From Octopus sinensis (taxonomy: Eukaryota): a stretch of DNA of 64,000 nt. Each line of letters starts with the position of its first letter. Position 1 is the first letter of the stretch. The stretch spans positions 25,854,001 to 25,918,000 of the forward strand of contig NC_043008.1 in assembly GCF_006345805.1 (NCBI RefSeq), written 5' to 3'. This document shows, piece after piece, positions 1 to 12,645 of the stretch. The translations under genes and the position numbers were made by a program. Under the pieces are notes generated by a model. It made no database searches. It saw only the letters and a program-made list of their open reading frames with translations, and was not told where the DNA came from.

Positions 1-379
1 TTGGGAAGACAGCCTCACTATTTCCCATCAGGTAAAGAAATTGAATTTATCAGGTCTTAGCCCACAAGGCCCTTGTAATGGGCTGGCATGCAGCTTCATT
101 CCCCATTGATGTTGGCTGCCCCAGCTTTCCATCTGCATCAGTTCGCTATTTCTAGCAGAAGATAGATCTGGAACCCAGACAACTGAAGAAAGCCATTAAG
201 GAAATAGGCACAGCAGCTGAAACTAATTCAGGATGGTTATGGTTGATAAGAGACTGCAATTGGAACCCTTCCATAGGTTAAGACTAGCTCAGTCCTTGCT
301 GCTCCCCTCAGTTAAAGCATGCAGGCTAAGGGACAAAATGCTTGTGACCCTGAAATACCTACAGACTATACAGAAGGGT

Positions 380-785
380 TTCCAGTATTGCAATAGACTT
401 AGAAGAGCTTGCAAAACCTCTGGATAGTTCTTGCAGCTTTTGTGTGAGGAAAAGCATTTCTGGTGTTCCTTCTACCTTTGTGGATGCTCAAAACTGGTTC
501 AAAGGGAGAACAAAAAATGCCATGACAAAGTGACAGTGCAAAAATGCTGGGCGTTGTGCAGGAAGCAGTACCAAAACCTAGCAATGGCAGTGAAATGAGT
601 TGACAGAACCTCAAAACTGAGTGAAGTACCTATTGCAATCAGTGTACTTGGGACCATCTCAAAGAGTGCAATATACTGGTATCAAAAGCTGCAAATACCA
701 AATATCATAAGTATTCAGTAGGCAGCAGTAAATGGAACAACTCATGAGTTGAGAAAAGTGTTGTGTCTTTATGCTGTAAGATCGA
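380..785 (+). mobile_element. Degenerate 3' remnant of an R4/Dong-type (restriction-like endonuclease) non-LTR retrotransposon
   Basis: Frameshifted motifs GCSKLVQRE..CHDKV (cf. consensus GCSKLAQKEYKRRHDNV), EVPIAISVLGTISK (cf. VVPIVIGALG) and IQ*AAVNGTTHELRKVL (cf. LQKAVLLGTAHILRKVL). Confidence 0.6.
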
Positions 786-1019
786 GCTGAGATGTGACAT
801 ACATTAATCAGAAGTTAAGGAAATAATGAAAAATAACAATACCAATAACAACAACAATAATAGTCGTTTCAAATTTAGCCCAGAACCAGTAATTCTAGTC
901 CCTTGATTTATCAACCCTGAAAGAATGAAAGGCAAATCTGAACTCTGATGGGAAGGAAGAAATACTGCAAAGAATTTTCCAATTCTCCAACAATTCTGCC
1001 TACTTATTACGAATACTAA

Positions 1020-1045
1020 TACTAGTACTAATACTAATGATGATG

Positions 1046-1109
<64 letters not shown>

Positions 1110-1118
1110 TAATAATAA
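1020..1118. repeat. (AAT)n microsatellite
   Basis: Direct reading; explains the poly-Leu ORF 804..1142. Confidence 0.95.
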
Positions 1119-1345
1119 ATTCTCATTAAAGTATAGTGACATGAATTAAATGAAGGCAATCAGTCATGCTGATTAGTTGATTGAACATTTTAGAATAATT
1201 TTTGTAATATTTATAAGAACAATATGAAAAGAAAAATACGATCTACTTCCACTAATAAAATTTTAATTGCATAGAAAATAAGTATAAGAAAAATCAACTT
1301 CTAAGTGTCTCTATTTCAATTACCTATATGTTAAGTATTTTGTAT

Positions 1346-1466
1346 TCATATATATATATATGTGTGTGTGTGTGTGCATACATATAAGTACATATATATG
1401 TATATTATATATAATTGCACGTGTATGTGTCTTTACATACACACGCAAATATATATATATATATAT

Positions 1467-1498
<32 letters not shown>

Positions 1499-1551
1499 TA
1501 TATTTGTATATGTATACACACATAGACATATATCTATGCATATGTATGATA

Positions 1552-1596
<45 letters not shown>

Positions 1597-1682
1597 CATG
1601 TGTGTATATGCATGTATTATCTATCTATTTGTCTGTCTTTCTGTGTGCGCGCATGAGTGTGTGTGTGTGTGTGTGCATTGTG
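1346..1682. repeat. Compound (TA)n/(TG)n/(CA)n microsatellite field
   Basis: Direct reading; explains ORFs at 1320-1706. Confidence 0.95.
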
Positions 1683-2448
1683 TGTGGAGAACACAACATT
1701 CTCTGATTCCTAACATTTGAACACTTATGACTTTAATTGAATCTTAATGAAAATTTAATAAAACTAATATACGACGAGTGAAAAGAAAAGAACTTACAAG
1801 GAAAAAAAATCTATGTAAATTTATAGAGAAAAGAGAAATTAATTAGTTTCTAATGTTTTGTTTAATGTTATGATTACATTTATATTTTACTTGCAGTAAC
1901 TATTACCATTGTAGTGAATTGACTATGGGAATTATGTGGACAATTTTTCAGATATTTATTTAGTTTATTATTTCATAAGAACATTAATGTTTGAAATGAT
2001 ATGGTATTGGACAAGTTAGTGTTCAATGGGGTCTATCTTGTCTGTAAATCTGCATTGGGTCTTTAGGCCAAAATTACATATGTTCTAACTACCCAGTTTA
2101 CTGAATTGAAAATAAAATAGAAACAGCATGTTAATATAGGTAACTTGTCTTACACATCTGCTATTGATTAAATCTAGAGACAGAGTCAATAGGGAAGTAT
2201 CTAATAATATTTATAGCAGGACTCTGGAAATTCAAGCATGGCTGCTGGAGCCAGTCTCTATTGGAAATTGGTCTTGTTTACAAGACCAGCATTATGAATG
2301 GCCAGTTATTCTGCCCATTATTCTAAAGATTTATCAGTGGAATATTTTCACAGACTTTTGAAATCATAGGACAGCAATTTAATTATGTACAATGACAGAT
2401 GACCAGAAAAACATTGTAATGGCATATTTTGGCAAACACCAAAGGCCA

Positions 2449-2790
2449 AGTGTCTTTCTTCTACTATAGCTTTGTGCTAACCAAAGCCTTGTGAGTGGAT
2501 TTGGTAGATGGAGTCTGAAAGAAGCCTATTGCGTGTGTGTCTGTGTGTGTGTGTGTGTGTGTGAGTGTTTGTGTCTGTGTTTGTCTCCCATGATTGCTTG
2601 ACAACAGGTGTTGGTATGTTTATATCCCTATAACTTAGTGGTTTGACAAATGAGACAGAGAGAATAAGTAAAAAATAGGCTAAAACAATAAGTCCTGGCG
2701 TTGATTTGTTTGACTAAAAAAAAACCCTCAAGGTGCTACCCCAACATGACCACAGTCAAATGACTGAAACAAATAAAAGATAAAAAGTTA
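2449..2790 (+). mobile_element. SINE family A (octopod-type tRNA-derived SINE), 5'-truncated
   Basis: Body CCAAAGCCTTGTGAGTGGATTTGGTAGA, internal (TG)n and tail CAGTCAAATGACTGAAAC, shared with more than 10 other copies in the window. Confidence 0.85.
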
Positions 2791-3879
2791 CTCAGGCTAT
2801 CTAAATCTTTACTCATGTTTATGAGTGTGTCTGCAAATATAATACTCACAAATTGTATTTATTTTTTAACTTTTCCAACTTATTACAAGTTATTATTGAT
2901 GTAATTACATGTTAATTTATTGCATATTGTTATTCATTCTGTAATCCATTTATTTATCTATATTTAAATACTTATATATTTATAATACTAGTAGAAATTT
3001 AAGTATATTTAAATACTGGTACTTGATTGTGAAATATTTTTATATTTGTGTGCTTTACTTTATATGCAGTTTTAGTGAATAGGCACTAAAATATCATCTG
3101 AAGTTTTATAACAGTGGTAATAGAATATCTTGCAATGCAATAATTATAATTCCATCTAGATGTGAATAATGAACAATGTTCAGAAGGTTTAACAGAACAA
3201 TAGCAATTTATTGGAAGAGGAATTGGTGACAGAATTAAAATGAAGTTTGCTTGCCGGCATACCGTGCATAGCATTCAAAGACAGTGTCCTAGGTGAATAG
3301 AAGGAATTTTCAGGCTCCTTCTTATAAGGTTACAAATCCAAATTAGGTGTATGCAGCATATTCAAAAGATAACACTTACAGTTACTTCATAATATGAAAA
3401 TATGGAACGTGATAAATTTTTGAACAGTCTCATAATCCAGTATCAAATTCTAGAATGTTTCCCCATTAGATATTTTCACGTGGTGTTGAGTTCAGACAGA
3501 GAGATAATATGTCTTACTTCTCCCAAGGCCTGAATGGAACTTATGAAAAACTTTTCCATGTCTCATGACAGGCAGCAATGTGTATCTATGTGTGAGTCAA
3601 AGTGGTTGGCTACACTAACCAAATCGCACATAGACGGATAACAATTCTACCAAAGGGAAATAGTGCTCCTACATGAGCCCCTGCTTAAACTGAAAGGGAG
3701 ATCAGCAAAAAGGAGAAAACGTTCTGGAAGGTAACACATAAATACAAAAGGAAAAAAGGAAAAATGCTGAAAAAGAAACAAAGTAATACAGCAAGGTACA
3801 AAATAACACAGTAAAGCAAAATGAAAACATGCACAAAGGGTAAGTTAATGCTCTGAGGTAAGTTCACACTTTGCTCTAT

Positions 3880-5150
3880 ATCAGCCAGTTCAGATATAGA
3901 TAGTCTTGCACAACTTGGTGGGCCAGTGTACACGACGACCACTGTGTATTGTAGTGACGTATATAAATGGAGCTGGGGAAGGTGTGTGCAAGTGCGAAGA
4001 TGGGGAACTCGAAGGTGTGGCATATGTTCTGTGATGAGCAGTGTATGTGTAATGGGTATGTGATTGTAGTGTAAGAGCGTCTGTAAAAGCCCGTTTAACC
4101 TTGTCAATTGAGACAGCTTCTTTTGTCCCATTAATGTCTATAGTGAAAAGTTTATTTGTGTTGGAAAGGACACAGTAAGGCCCTGTGTATGGTGGTGTGA
4201 GGGGACTTTGCATAAAGTCATTGCAAAGAAATATGTGTGTCCACGGAGCAATATCCTTCGGGGCCGGAGATGTAATAGTCTCTTGCCGAGGAGTCATCAA
4301 TGAAAGATTGAAGAAAGAGAGCAGGATCTTAGGAGGATAAGTCCACCGGGACCAGTATCTAACCAAGCAAGGATAACGGTACTTCGTAAAGCAGCTGCGC
4401 TGGAGAGTATCTAAGATCCTCCTTGACTGCAGCCCAGAAGGATAATGTGTAGATAATCACTCTATTGATGTTGGTCATGATAAGCATGCATCACAGCTTT
4501 CAATTGTCAGTGGAAGCGTTCCACCCTACCGTTTGAAGCTGGGTGGTAACTAGTAGTCCAAATGCACCGTGCCCCTAGAATTTTTGAAAGGTCATGGAAG
4601 AGCTGGAATTCGAATTGCCTACCACGGTCAGTAGTGATCGTGGTATGGACGCCGTAGTGTGATGTCAAACCCGATACCAGGGTTCGCACTACCGATTCTG
4701 CTGAAATATCACATAAAGGAATGGCTTCAAGCGAACGTGTAAAGCAGTCGAAGCACGTAAGGAGATACATAAAGCTTTGACTAACCGGTCAAGGTTCAAC
4801 ATAATCGATATGAATGTGGTTCAGACGAGCGTCCAGTGTGTTGAAGATACCAAGAGATGCACAGATGTGCTTGTGCACCTTCGATTTCTAGCAGAAAAGG
4901 CAAGACCAAGCAGTGATATCTCGTCTTACATTCGGCCAGAAGAATCTAGCCGAAATGAATTTCCCTGTGGCTGAAGCTCTGGGATGCAAGACCCTATGCA
5001 GAATGTGGAAAACAGTTCGACGACGCGTCTCTGGAACAAGTATCCGCCAAGACGTCACATAATATTTGTGCATCAGAAGTAGACACAGGCAAGTACTTAA
5101 ATTTACACGTCGCAAATTCTGTCGAAGCAAGATCGATCGAATCTAGGGGA
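3880..5150 (-). mobile_element. Gypsy-type LTR retrotransposon pol remnant (integrase), frameshifted
   Basis: Zn-binding region HP..SARFFWPNVRRDI, core YLLTCFDCFTR..AIPL..TTITTDRGRQF..TTSYHPASNGRVERFH, C-terminal LTPPYTGPY..VSIDKVK and terminal SGRRVHWP. Confidence 0.9.
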
Positions 5151-5175
5151 GGCTGATGTTTTTCTCTAATCAGTG

Positions 5176-5176
<1 letters not shown>

Positions 5177-5218
<42 letters not shown>

Positions 5219-5245
5219 ATATATATATATATGTATGTATATATG
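5177..5245. repeat. (TA)n microsatellite
   Basis: Direct reading. Confidence 0.95.
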
Positions 5246-5313
5246 AGAGGACAAACAAAAGAAAGGGCACTCAACACATTTATTGAGAGTTACATGTTTT
5301 GAATAATATATAT

Positions 5314-5652
5314 AGGCGCAGGAGTTGCTGTGTGGTAAGTAGCTTGCCTATCAACCACATAGTTCCAGGTTCAGTCCCACTGTGTGGCACCTTGGCCAAG
5401 CGTATTCTACTAGAGCCTCAGGCCGACCAAAGCCTTGTGAGTGGATTAAGTAGGCAAAAACTGAAATAAGTCCGTCGTATATGTGCGTGTGTATGTTTGT
5501 ACTCCCCCAGCATCGTTTGACAACCGATGTTGGTGTGTAAAAGAGGCCGATGGAATAAATACTCGGCTTACAAAGAATAAGTCCTGGGATCGATTTGTTC
5601 GACTAAAGGCGGTACTCCAGCATGACCGCAGTTAAATGACTGAAACAAATAG
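5314..5652 (+). mobile_element. SINE family A, near full length
   Basis: tRNA-like head GGCGCAGGAGTTGCTGTGTGGTAAG..CAGGTTCAGTCCCACTG (A/B-box-like) through the tail GCAGTTAAATGACTGAAAC. Confidence 0.9.
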
Positions 5653-5939
5653 ATATTTTCACTATGTAAAAAACATTACGGCGAAACAGACTGTACGTGG
5701 ATTGCAAGAAATAGGAGCCAATTCACCACTACCTTGGCCCCACCATTCTGTTTTCAGAACACTGCAGAATGGTCATATTAATTTAAATGACACGAAAAAC
5801 CTGAAATATTATTAATTTTATTTAGTGTTTTCAGTGGTCAATGTACAAACAAACTTTGCTTTTTATGAGGATATAAATAGCATATACATATATCATCATC
5901 AGTTAACACTCATCTTCTATGCTGATCTGTGTCTATAAC

Positions 5940-6240
5940 AAACACACACATATGTATGGTGTTTTGGTCAACACAAGAACCATCAAAACAAAATTTAAGA
6001 GATATATTTTCATTCTTAATGCATTCCTTCAGCACAATCTCTCCACCTTGAAAGCAGAGGCCAGATTTGCGGTAATGTTTGTAAGCGTCCACTACTAGCT
6101 GCATATTTTTGACTTTTTGAACACTCCATCTGCCAACATTATAACTATTATGTAATTCCCAGAAACAGGTGTCGTACATGAAATATATTGCTATCTCCCC
6201 TTAATTTTCTGTATTTTTTGAGCTCCATGTAAATCTGTTC
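5940..6240 (-). pseudogene. Unidentified coding-like segment (possible exon or TE-gene relic)
   Basis: Non-repetitive frame GEIAIYFMYDTCFWELHNSYNVGRW..CFDGSCVDQNT behind a TTTACAG acceptor-like site, with one in-frame TAA near its start; no family recognised. Confidence 0.25.
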
Positions 6241-6745
6241 TGTAAATATATAAATGCTTAGACATGAATGTTCATAAGAATATTTTCAGTTTTTTATTAT
6301 ATATATAAAAGAGTATATATCCCTATATGTATATTTAATGTGTATATTTTATATATTAAACACAAGTGCGTTTGTTTGTTTGTTTATTTGCATCATTATC
6401 TCCTTATCAGCTCACCTGGATTTCTCTTATAGCCATTCTTTACCCTGTAATTTAGTTGGCGATAAAGATTTTGGAGTGTAAGTTCAAATTACTTGAGCAC
6501 TAGTACGTGTTTTCTATACCGAACACCTCCGGACCTCACCTGTTGCTTCTATATACACATGTATACATACATACACTCATACACACACACATATGCACAT
6601 ACACATATACACTCTAGCTCGAAACGTAAAACAACCTTTCTTTCCTTCCCTGAGCATCTTATTAATACTTCGCTTGTACCACGTCCTCGCATTGTTGTTT
6701 TTTCTTGTGATTTTTCTCCGTTTTTGGATTAACTACATACATATA

Positions 6746-6875
6746 CCTACCAACCACATGGTCCCAGGTTCAGTCCCACTGCGTGGCACCTTGGGCAAGT
6801 GTCTTACACTATAGCCTCGGGCCGACTAAAGCCTTGTGAGTAGATTTGGTAGACGGAAACTGAAAGAAACACGTC

Positions 6876-6924
<49 letters not shown>

Positions 6925-7035
6925 CCGATAGAATAAGTACTAGGATTACAAAGAATAAGTCCTGAGGTGGGTTTGTTCGACTTAAGGCGGCGCTCCTGCG
7001 TGGCCGCAGTCAAATGATGGAAACAAATAAAAGAA
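6746..7035 (+). mobile_element. SINE family A, internally deleted copy
   Basis: CAACCACATGGTCCCAGGTTCAGTCCCACTGCGTGGCACC head and GGCCGCAGTCAAATGA tail. Confidence 0.85.
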
Positions 7036-7507
7036 TAGAGTATCGTTCAACCACGGTAGTAATTGAATATATTCTTAAGTCCACCATTTCGTCAATCGCA
7101 GCAGCTTCCAAGGTTCACTACTAATTCAGTTCTCATCTAAATTTCAAACTGTCAATAGTTTTAAAGAGGACACCTGCTCAGCTACACTTTGGCATAAATA
7201 GTTTGAGATTTGGTTCAGTAGAAAAAAGTTACATCAAAATATATTAGACTGCAAGTGGGCAGTAAGGCACCAGATATTCATCTTCAATTAAAATAAACTT
7301 TTTAATTTAAAATTAAAAGTATACTTTTCTTAGGCTTAAATGATAGGAAAATACATGAGGAATTCAGAATAGTTAGTCGCATTGAACAAAAATTAGTAAA
7401 ACAACAGTTATGAGATAAAATGTTATGAAAATTAATGTCAGTAAGTAAGAAGTAACGCTTAAGCAATAAGAATAAAGAATATATTTCTAAAATGAATGCT
7501 TATATTG

Positions 7508-7955
7508 TAAGGCAGAGAGCTGGTAGAAACGTTAATATCAAGACAGGCAGTATTTCGCCTGTCTTGATGTTGTTAATTCAAATTTTGCCGAGGTTGACTT
7601 TGACGTACAGATTATTTAATTAATTTTTTTTTAACTAAACACTTTCAAACTTCTGATACTTGTAGAATGTGTCACATGGAATAGGATTTATTCTTAACGT
7701 TTTTGACAAAATTTTGTACTTTAGAAGATGTATTTCGTCTGTCTGTACGTTCTGAGTTCAAATTCCGTCGAGGATGACTTTGCCTTTCATCCATTTCGGA
7801 TCTATTCAATTAGACGTACAGATTATTGAATTAATTAAAAAAAAACAAAATACTTTCAAACTTCCGATACTGGTAGAATGTGTCACATAGAACAGGGTTT
7901 ACGCGTAACGTTTTTGACAAAATTTTGTATTTTTAAAGTTATTTCGTCAGAAGTT
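7508..7955 (+). mobile_element. SINE family B fragments interleaved with a duplicated ~140-bp block
   Basis: GGCAGAGAGCTGGTAGAAACGTTA head and TTCAAATT..GAGG.TGACTTTG core; block GACGTACAGATTATT..GACAAAATTTTGTA occurs at ~7604-7740 and ~7813-7950. Confidence 0.6.
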
Positions 7956-8677
7956 ACAGAGTGACAATGGACAAATTCGTGTTTGATAAGTGCCAATACA
8001 AGAAACTTTCAGCTTTTGACTTACTCTCTAACTTCTACCGATGATATATATACATATTACATATATGTGTAAAAGAATCTCATCACGCAATCGAATCAAT
8101 GAAAGAGCCTCTACCTGGCCGCTCAACAAGCTAAAAATAGCAGCCAAAGTATCCCCCTACCTAAATCACACGTCCATTGTATGTAATGTCCTGGATTATC
8201 CCTAAAAAGACGGTTTGCTGGAGGCTGGAGTGTCTTTGATGATACTTTTGTAGAATCAGGGTTGATTTGAGGCTAAATAACAACAGCATTATGGTCAATT
8301 TCCATTATTAACACTCGCACGATTTTCACTAAGAAAAAAAATTGATTTTTTTGCGTTGAATCAAGTACCCTCACCACCTAATATGCTGCAAATTCCTTAT
8401 TTTGATTCGGAAAAAATGAGGTGAGGGTCCCCCCATCCAGGAATCACTGGAATTTTTTTGTTGAATGAATTCCTGTGACCTCCTAATATTGCAAAATTAG
8501 GTTACTAAAGTGATGGTTTTGAGGTCTTGTTTGTAACTTTTGGTGAGCCATGGTGCAACCAACAACATGGTAAAAATCCCTGCCATTAATTTGGTGTGTA
8601 TGGGTAATATCAAATAATTCAATCACAACATATATTTAAATTAAACATGAAAAAAATTGAAATATTATCATCACTTA

Positions 8678-9237
8678 CATGGAAAAATTGAAATATTATC
8701 TTTCAGCATTTTATAAGGTAAAATCTTAAATTATTGACACATTATTCATTATCTTATAACAGCAATACCTGGAAAAATCATGGAATACAGGACAAGTTAT
8801 TACACTTGTAAAAATATAGGACAAGCTATTACTTCAAGTAAAGAATAAGAAACCTTTTTACTAAAATATTGCAGCTAAAATTAAAATTTGAATATTAAAA
8901 CTTATTTTATTATAGTTTACAAATAACACTATACTTATCTAAGTAGAATTTGGCTAATTTACTACCTTAAATACAGAAAAAGTGACTAATTAGACAAACT
9001 TACAAATTAGCTGAACAGTTTTGTACAATAAAATTTAAAAGATGAGAACTGTAAAGTGTGATAAATTAGAAGAACTGGCATTCTTTGCTGCAATATTTTG
9101 AGTAAAAAGTTTTTTATTCTTTACTTTACTAGAAGTAATAGCTTGTCCTATACTTTTACAGGTGTAATAACTTGTCCTGTACTTTTCCAGATTTATAATC
9201 TTAAGAATATGACTTTTCATGCTCGTATTTTTCCATG
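8678..9237. mobile_element. MITE/foldback-like element with long imperfect inverted arms and a TA flank on both sides
   Basis: TA|CATGGAAAAAT ... ATTTTTCCATG|TA; 8785-8878 is the reverse complement of 9085-9190 (ACAGGACAAGTTATTACAC..AATATTGCAGC). Confidence 0.7.
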
Positions 9238-9659
9238 TAATATATATACACACAAATTTCCCCTGTATTCATGCATGTACACTACATTACTTTTCTGCTG
9301 CTTTAACTATTTTCTCCTCTTTTGGCTCCTCACTCTTTCCAGACAACAGGACCACTAGATTATATTATTACACACACGCACACACATGTGTACACACACT
9401 CAGACATAAATAGAATGGTCACTCTCATCAGTTTGAAACATGAGCAACTAGTTGTCTTAATCCCCAAATGACCTTCCCATCGGATCATTACAAGAAGTAA
9501 TTGTTTACTTTACTGACATGTTTACTCTTAGCATAAATTTCAAGTAGAATCACTATAATAGTGTGACTTGGTTGGGCTACTTAATTACAGTTACAGTCTA
9601 GTTTGTGGGGTTTTTTTGCACACTTTCAAATCAAGCCTTGAAATTAGGGAAAATGTTAG

Positions 9660-9890
9660 CCAATGCCTTGTAAGTGGATGTGGTAGATGGAAACTGCATG
9701 GAAGCCCATCATATATGTGTTTGTGAAAGTATGTATTATGTCTGTATGTGTGTGTCCCTGTGTTTCTGTGTCTTCCTTGCTACTGTTTGACAAGAGACTA
9801 ATAGAATAAGTCCAGTTTTTGAATTGTTCAACTAAACTCTTCATGTCAGTGCCACAACATAGCCACAGTCTGATGACTGAAACAAGTAAA
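9660..9890 (+). mobile_element. SINE family A, degenerate
   Basis: GCCTTGTAAGTGGATGTGGTAGATGGAAACTG and tail GACTGAAACAAGTAAAA. Confidence 0.7.
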
Positions 9891-11599
9891 ATGATGAAGA
9901 TAAAGAGATACTTGCATTTTATGCTAAAGAAGATTTTATTTTCATCTGTTTACCATCTCAGGGACTGCATCAAGCACAAGTTAGCCATATTGCCCGCTCA
10001 TATGATAGTACATTAATTGATAAAATGAATGTTAAATCCATTTTTACATCCATTTATTAATGTCTTGCAACAGTTGGCAACCAGTAATGTGAATCTGAGC
10101 GTTTGGAATCAATTGCATCCTAATCTGTTAAAATGACATATCAACTCTTATTGCCTAATGCTGTTAAACATAGTAGAATCAGTTGTAATTAAGATGGCAT
10201 ATTTGCTACTAAAAATCACAAAAATAAATAATTACAAACATATATGAAAAAAAGAATATGGCAGATGGAAGTTATTTAGAAGAAATTAAATGAACATGAT
10301 ATTGCATTTAAGAATCCTATTAACAAACTATAATTAAATAGCCATTGGGATACAAATCCAATATTTACTAATGCTACAGATTCTATGGGGCTTGGTAAAA
10401 CTCAGTCAATCAACATTATAATCTACTGATTCATTCCATAAGAGTGGAGATACTGAATAGATGTGGTACCAGATGAACCAACAGAAAGATTGATGGTTTA
10501 TATAACTGCCATTGGCATCATTTTGAGACCATGGTCAAGACATTTAACCCTCATACTGGTCTAGTTCTTTAAATTATAAACAGTGACAGTAGGGTAAGAG
10601 CAAGTGTTCTATTATAAGCAGCTGCAGTATGGTAAAACTGACAATTATTTCTTTAGTTAGTAATACTGTGTTCAATATCTTCTGTTTGTCTAGAGAAGCA
10701 GCTTTAGTATTCATGTTCAGACATAAGATTGACAATTATTTTAAGTTGCTTTACCATTAGTTATAGACTGGTTGTAATTACAGTCAACATATGAATACTG
10801 TTGAGCATTGTATCTGACTATGGTAATCCTACAAGCCAGTGGTCATCCTCCTTGGCCATGTAGGATAGTCATCATTATCATATTTGAGTAATTAATTATT
10901 TCTTTCATCTTCACTGTTTATTCAAAAAATATCTAATTGTTTTTCTAATGCACAAAATGTTATATTATTTTTTTGCCTTTACTTTAAAAGAATGATTAAT
11001 TTCTGATTTTATGTGAACAAAATATTATTTGAAGTAATTTATTCTTTTTGGATTGAGTGGAATTGGCAATAAACTACAATTTAACTATTTTCTTTGTGAA
11101 AATATCAAATATAGTTTGTTGTTTATAATACCATTTTGCTTTGTTAAACCAGAGTGTAGAATACATATGTTATTGTTGTTTTTAAATGAGATTTTGAACA
11201 ATTTTTTTGCCTGATCACAAGCTGTTGCTGTTGGTCACTGTTTTGAAAGTAGAGGAAAATACTAGTCTGCTACATTATATAAGATTACTGGTCATCAAAA
11301 TCTTAAACCATATTGATGAAGACCAATATACTTCATAGCGCATGTAAATTTGGTGACTTGATTTTTCTGACAAGGAAAAACCAAGACAAAATGTAATAAA
11401 TTACTGAGTTTCAGATCCTGTCTGCAACTTGCAATGATTAGTATTTAAAAAAAATTGGCAGGAACTCACAATATAAGCACTATAATAGATTAAGCTTTTG
11501 AAAAATGAAATGGAATTTTAAAAATAGTAGCAATAATGGATGACAAGTACCTCTCTGAATCTATCTGTGATCAATATGGTTGCAACCATTACCAACCTA

Positions 11600-11770
11600 G
11601 GACCTTTTTTAAGATGCTAAGGTGGAATTTGAAAGAAGTTGGCTGCTATTTCCTGCAGGCGGACAACCATATAAAAACATTTTTCAAAGGCTGGTTTGGT
11701 ATATGTCAGTACAACCAATACTACACAATGACTTTTGGAGATCAAGCTAATATTTTATAGATGTGTTATT
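11600..11770 (+). pseudogene. Possible hAT transposase C-terminal (dimerisation) remnant
   Basis: Frame KKLAAISCRRTTI*KHFSKAGLV..LLEIKLIF resembles the hAT ERxFSxAG motif. Confidence 0.35.
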
Positions 11771-12232
11771 TATAAAGAAGCATCAAACATTTCATCTTAA
11801 TAACTCTGGCCTTTATTTAATTATTTATTTATTTATTTAATTATTTATTTATTTATTTATTTGACACTTAGAATTTTAATGAATATGTTATCAAATATAC
11901 ATTTATAAGCATTAGTTTCAGATTGAAACAACAATACTTATAAACTCAATAAATGAAATTGTTTTAAACAACATATCATACTGAAAATAACATAACATAC
12001 AGGCACTGATATCAAAATAAATGTGTGTAAGATATTCAGTTAATTACTGAAAATGTGCTTATGTCACAGTTCTGTAATCACAGCACTTTTAAAAACATTT
12101 TCAATGAAATAAAATTTGCCTCACTAATTGAATTTATTATTTTTAATATGATCCCATCCTATCTTATTCTGCATTTCCAGACCTGGGTGGTATCAAGTTC
12201 AGTTCTATATATATTTTAAGTTTTATTAACTT

Positions 12233-12645
12233 AGGTGCAGGAGTGGCTCTGTGGTAAGTAGCTTGCTTACCAGCCACATGATTCTGGGTTCAGTCCCACT
12301 GTATAGCACTTTGGGCAAGTGTCTTCTACTATAGCTTCGGGCCGACCAAAGCCTTGTGAGTGGATTTAGTAGATGGAAACTGAAAGAAGCCCGTCATATA
12401 TATATGTATATATATATGTGTGTGTGTGTGTTTGTCCCCTCCCCCAACATCGCTTGACAACCAATGCTGGTGTGTTACATCCCTGTAACTAAGTTACATC
12501 CCTATAACTTAGCGGTTTGGCAAAAGAGAACAATAGAATAAATACTAGGCTTACAAAGAATAAGACCTGGGGTCGGTTTGCTTGACTAAAGGTGGTGCTC
12601 CAGCATGGCTGCAGTCAAATGACTGAAAAAAGTAAAAGAGTAAAA
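12233..12645 (+). mobile_element. SINE family A, full length
   Basis: Complete head, body and tail: GGTGCAGGAGTGGCTCTGTGGTAAG ... GGTGGTGCTCCAGCATGGCTGCAGTCAAATGACTGAAAAAAGTAAAAGAG. Confidence 0.92.

Noticed and set aside
183-232. CTGAAGA..GCTGAAAC as a hammerhead
   Set aside because: Only a 3-bp stem II; stem III and stem I pairing are missing.
804-1706. Long ORFs rich in Leu, Ile/Tyr or Cys/Val (also at 33329-33768, 36404-36754, 38352-38579 and 52624-52966)
   Set aside because: They are translations of (AAT)n, (TA)n, (CA)n and (GATA)n microsatellites.
2164-2361. ORF as a host exon
   Set aside because: No recognisable homology, stops in the alternative frames, and no clear donor site.
3680-3890. 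3' LTR of the Gypsy remnant
   Set aside because: The position is plausible, but I could not identify a polypurine tract, TG..CA ends or a second LTR copy.
5314-5385. tRNA gene (also at other SINE heads)
   Set aside because: A/B-box-like heads run directly into SINE bodies and show no complete cloverleaf or acceptor stem.
9870-9885. CTGATGACTGAAAC as a hammerhead
   Set aside because: It is a mutated SINE-A tail (CAAATGACTGAAAC) with no stems.
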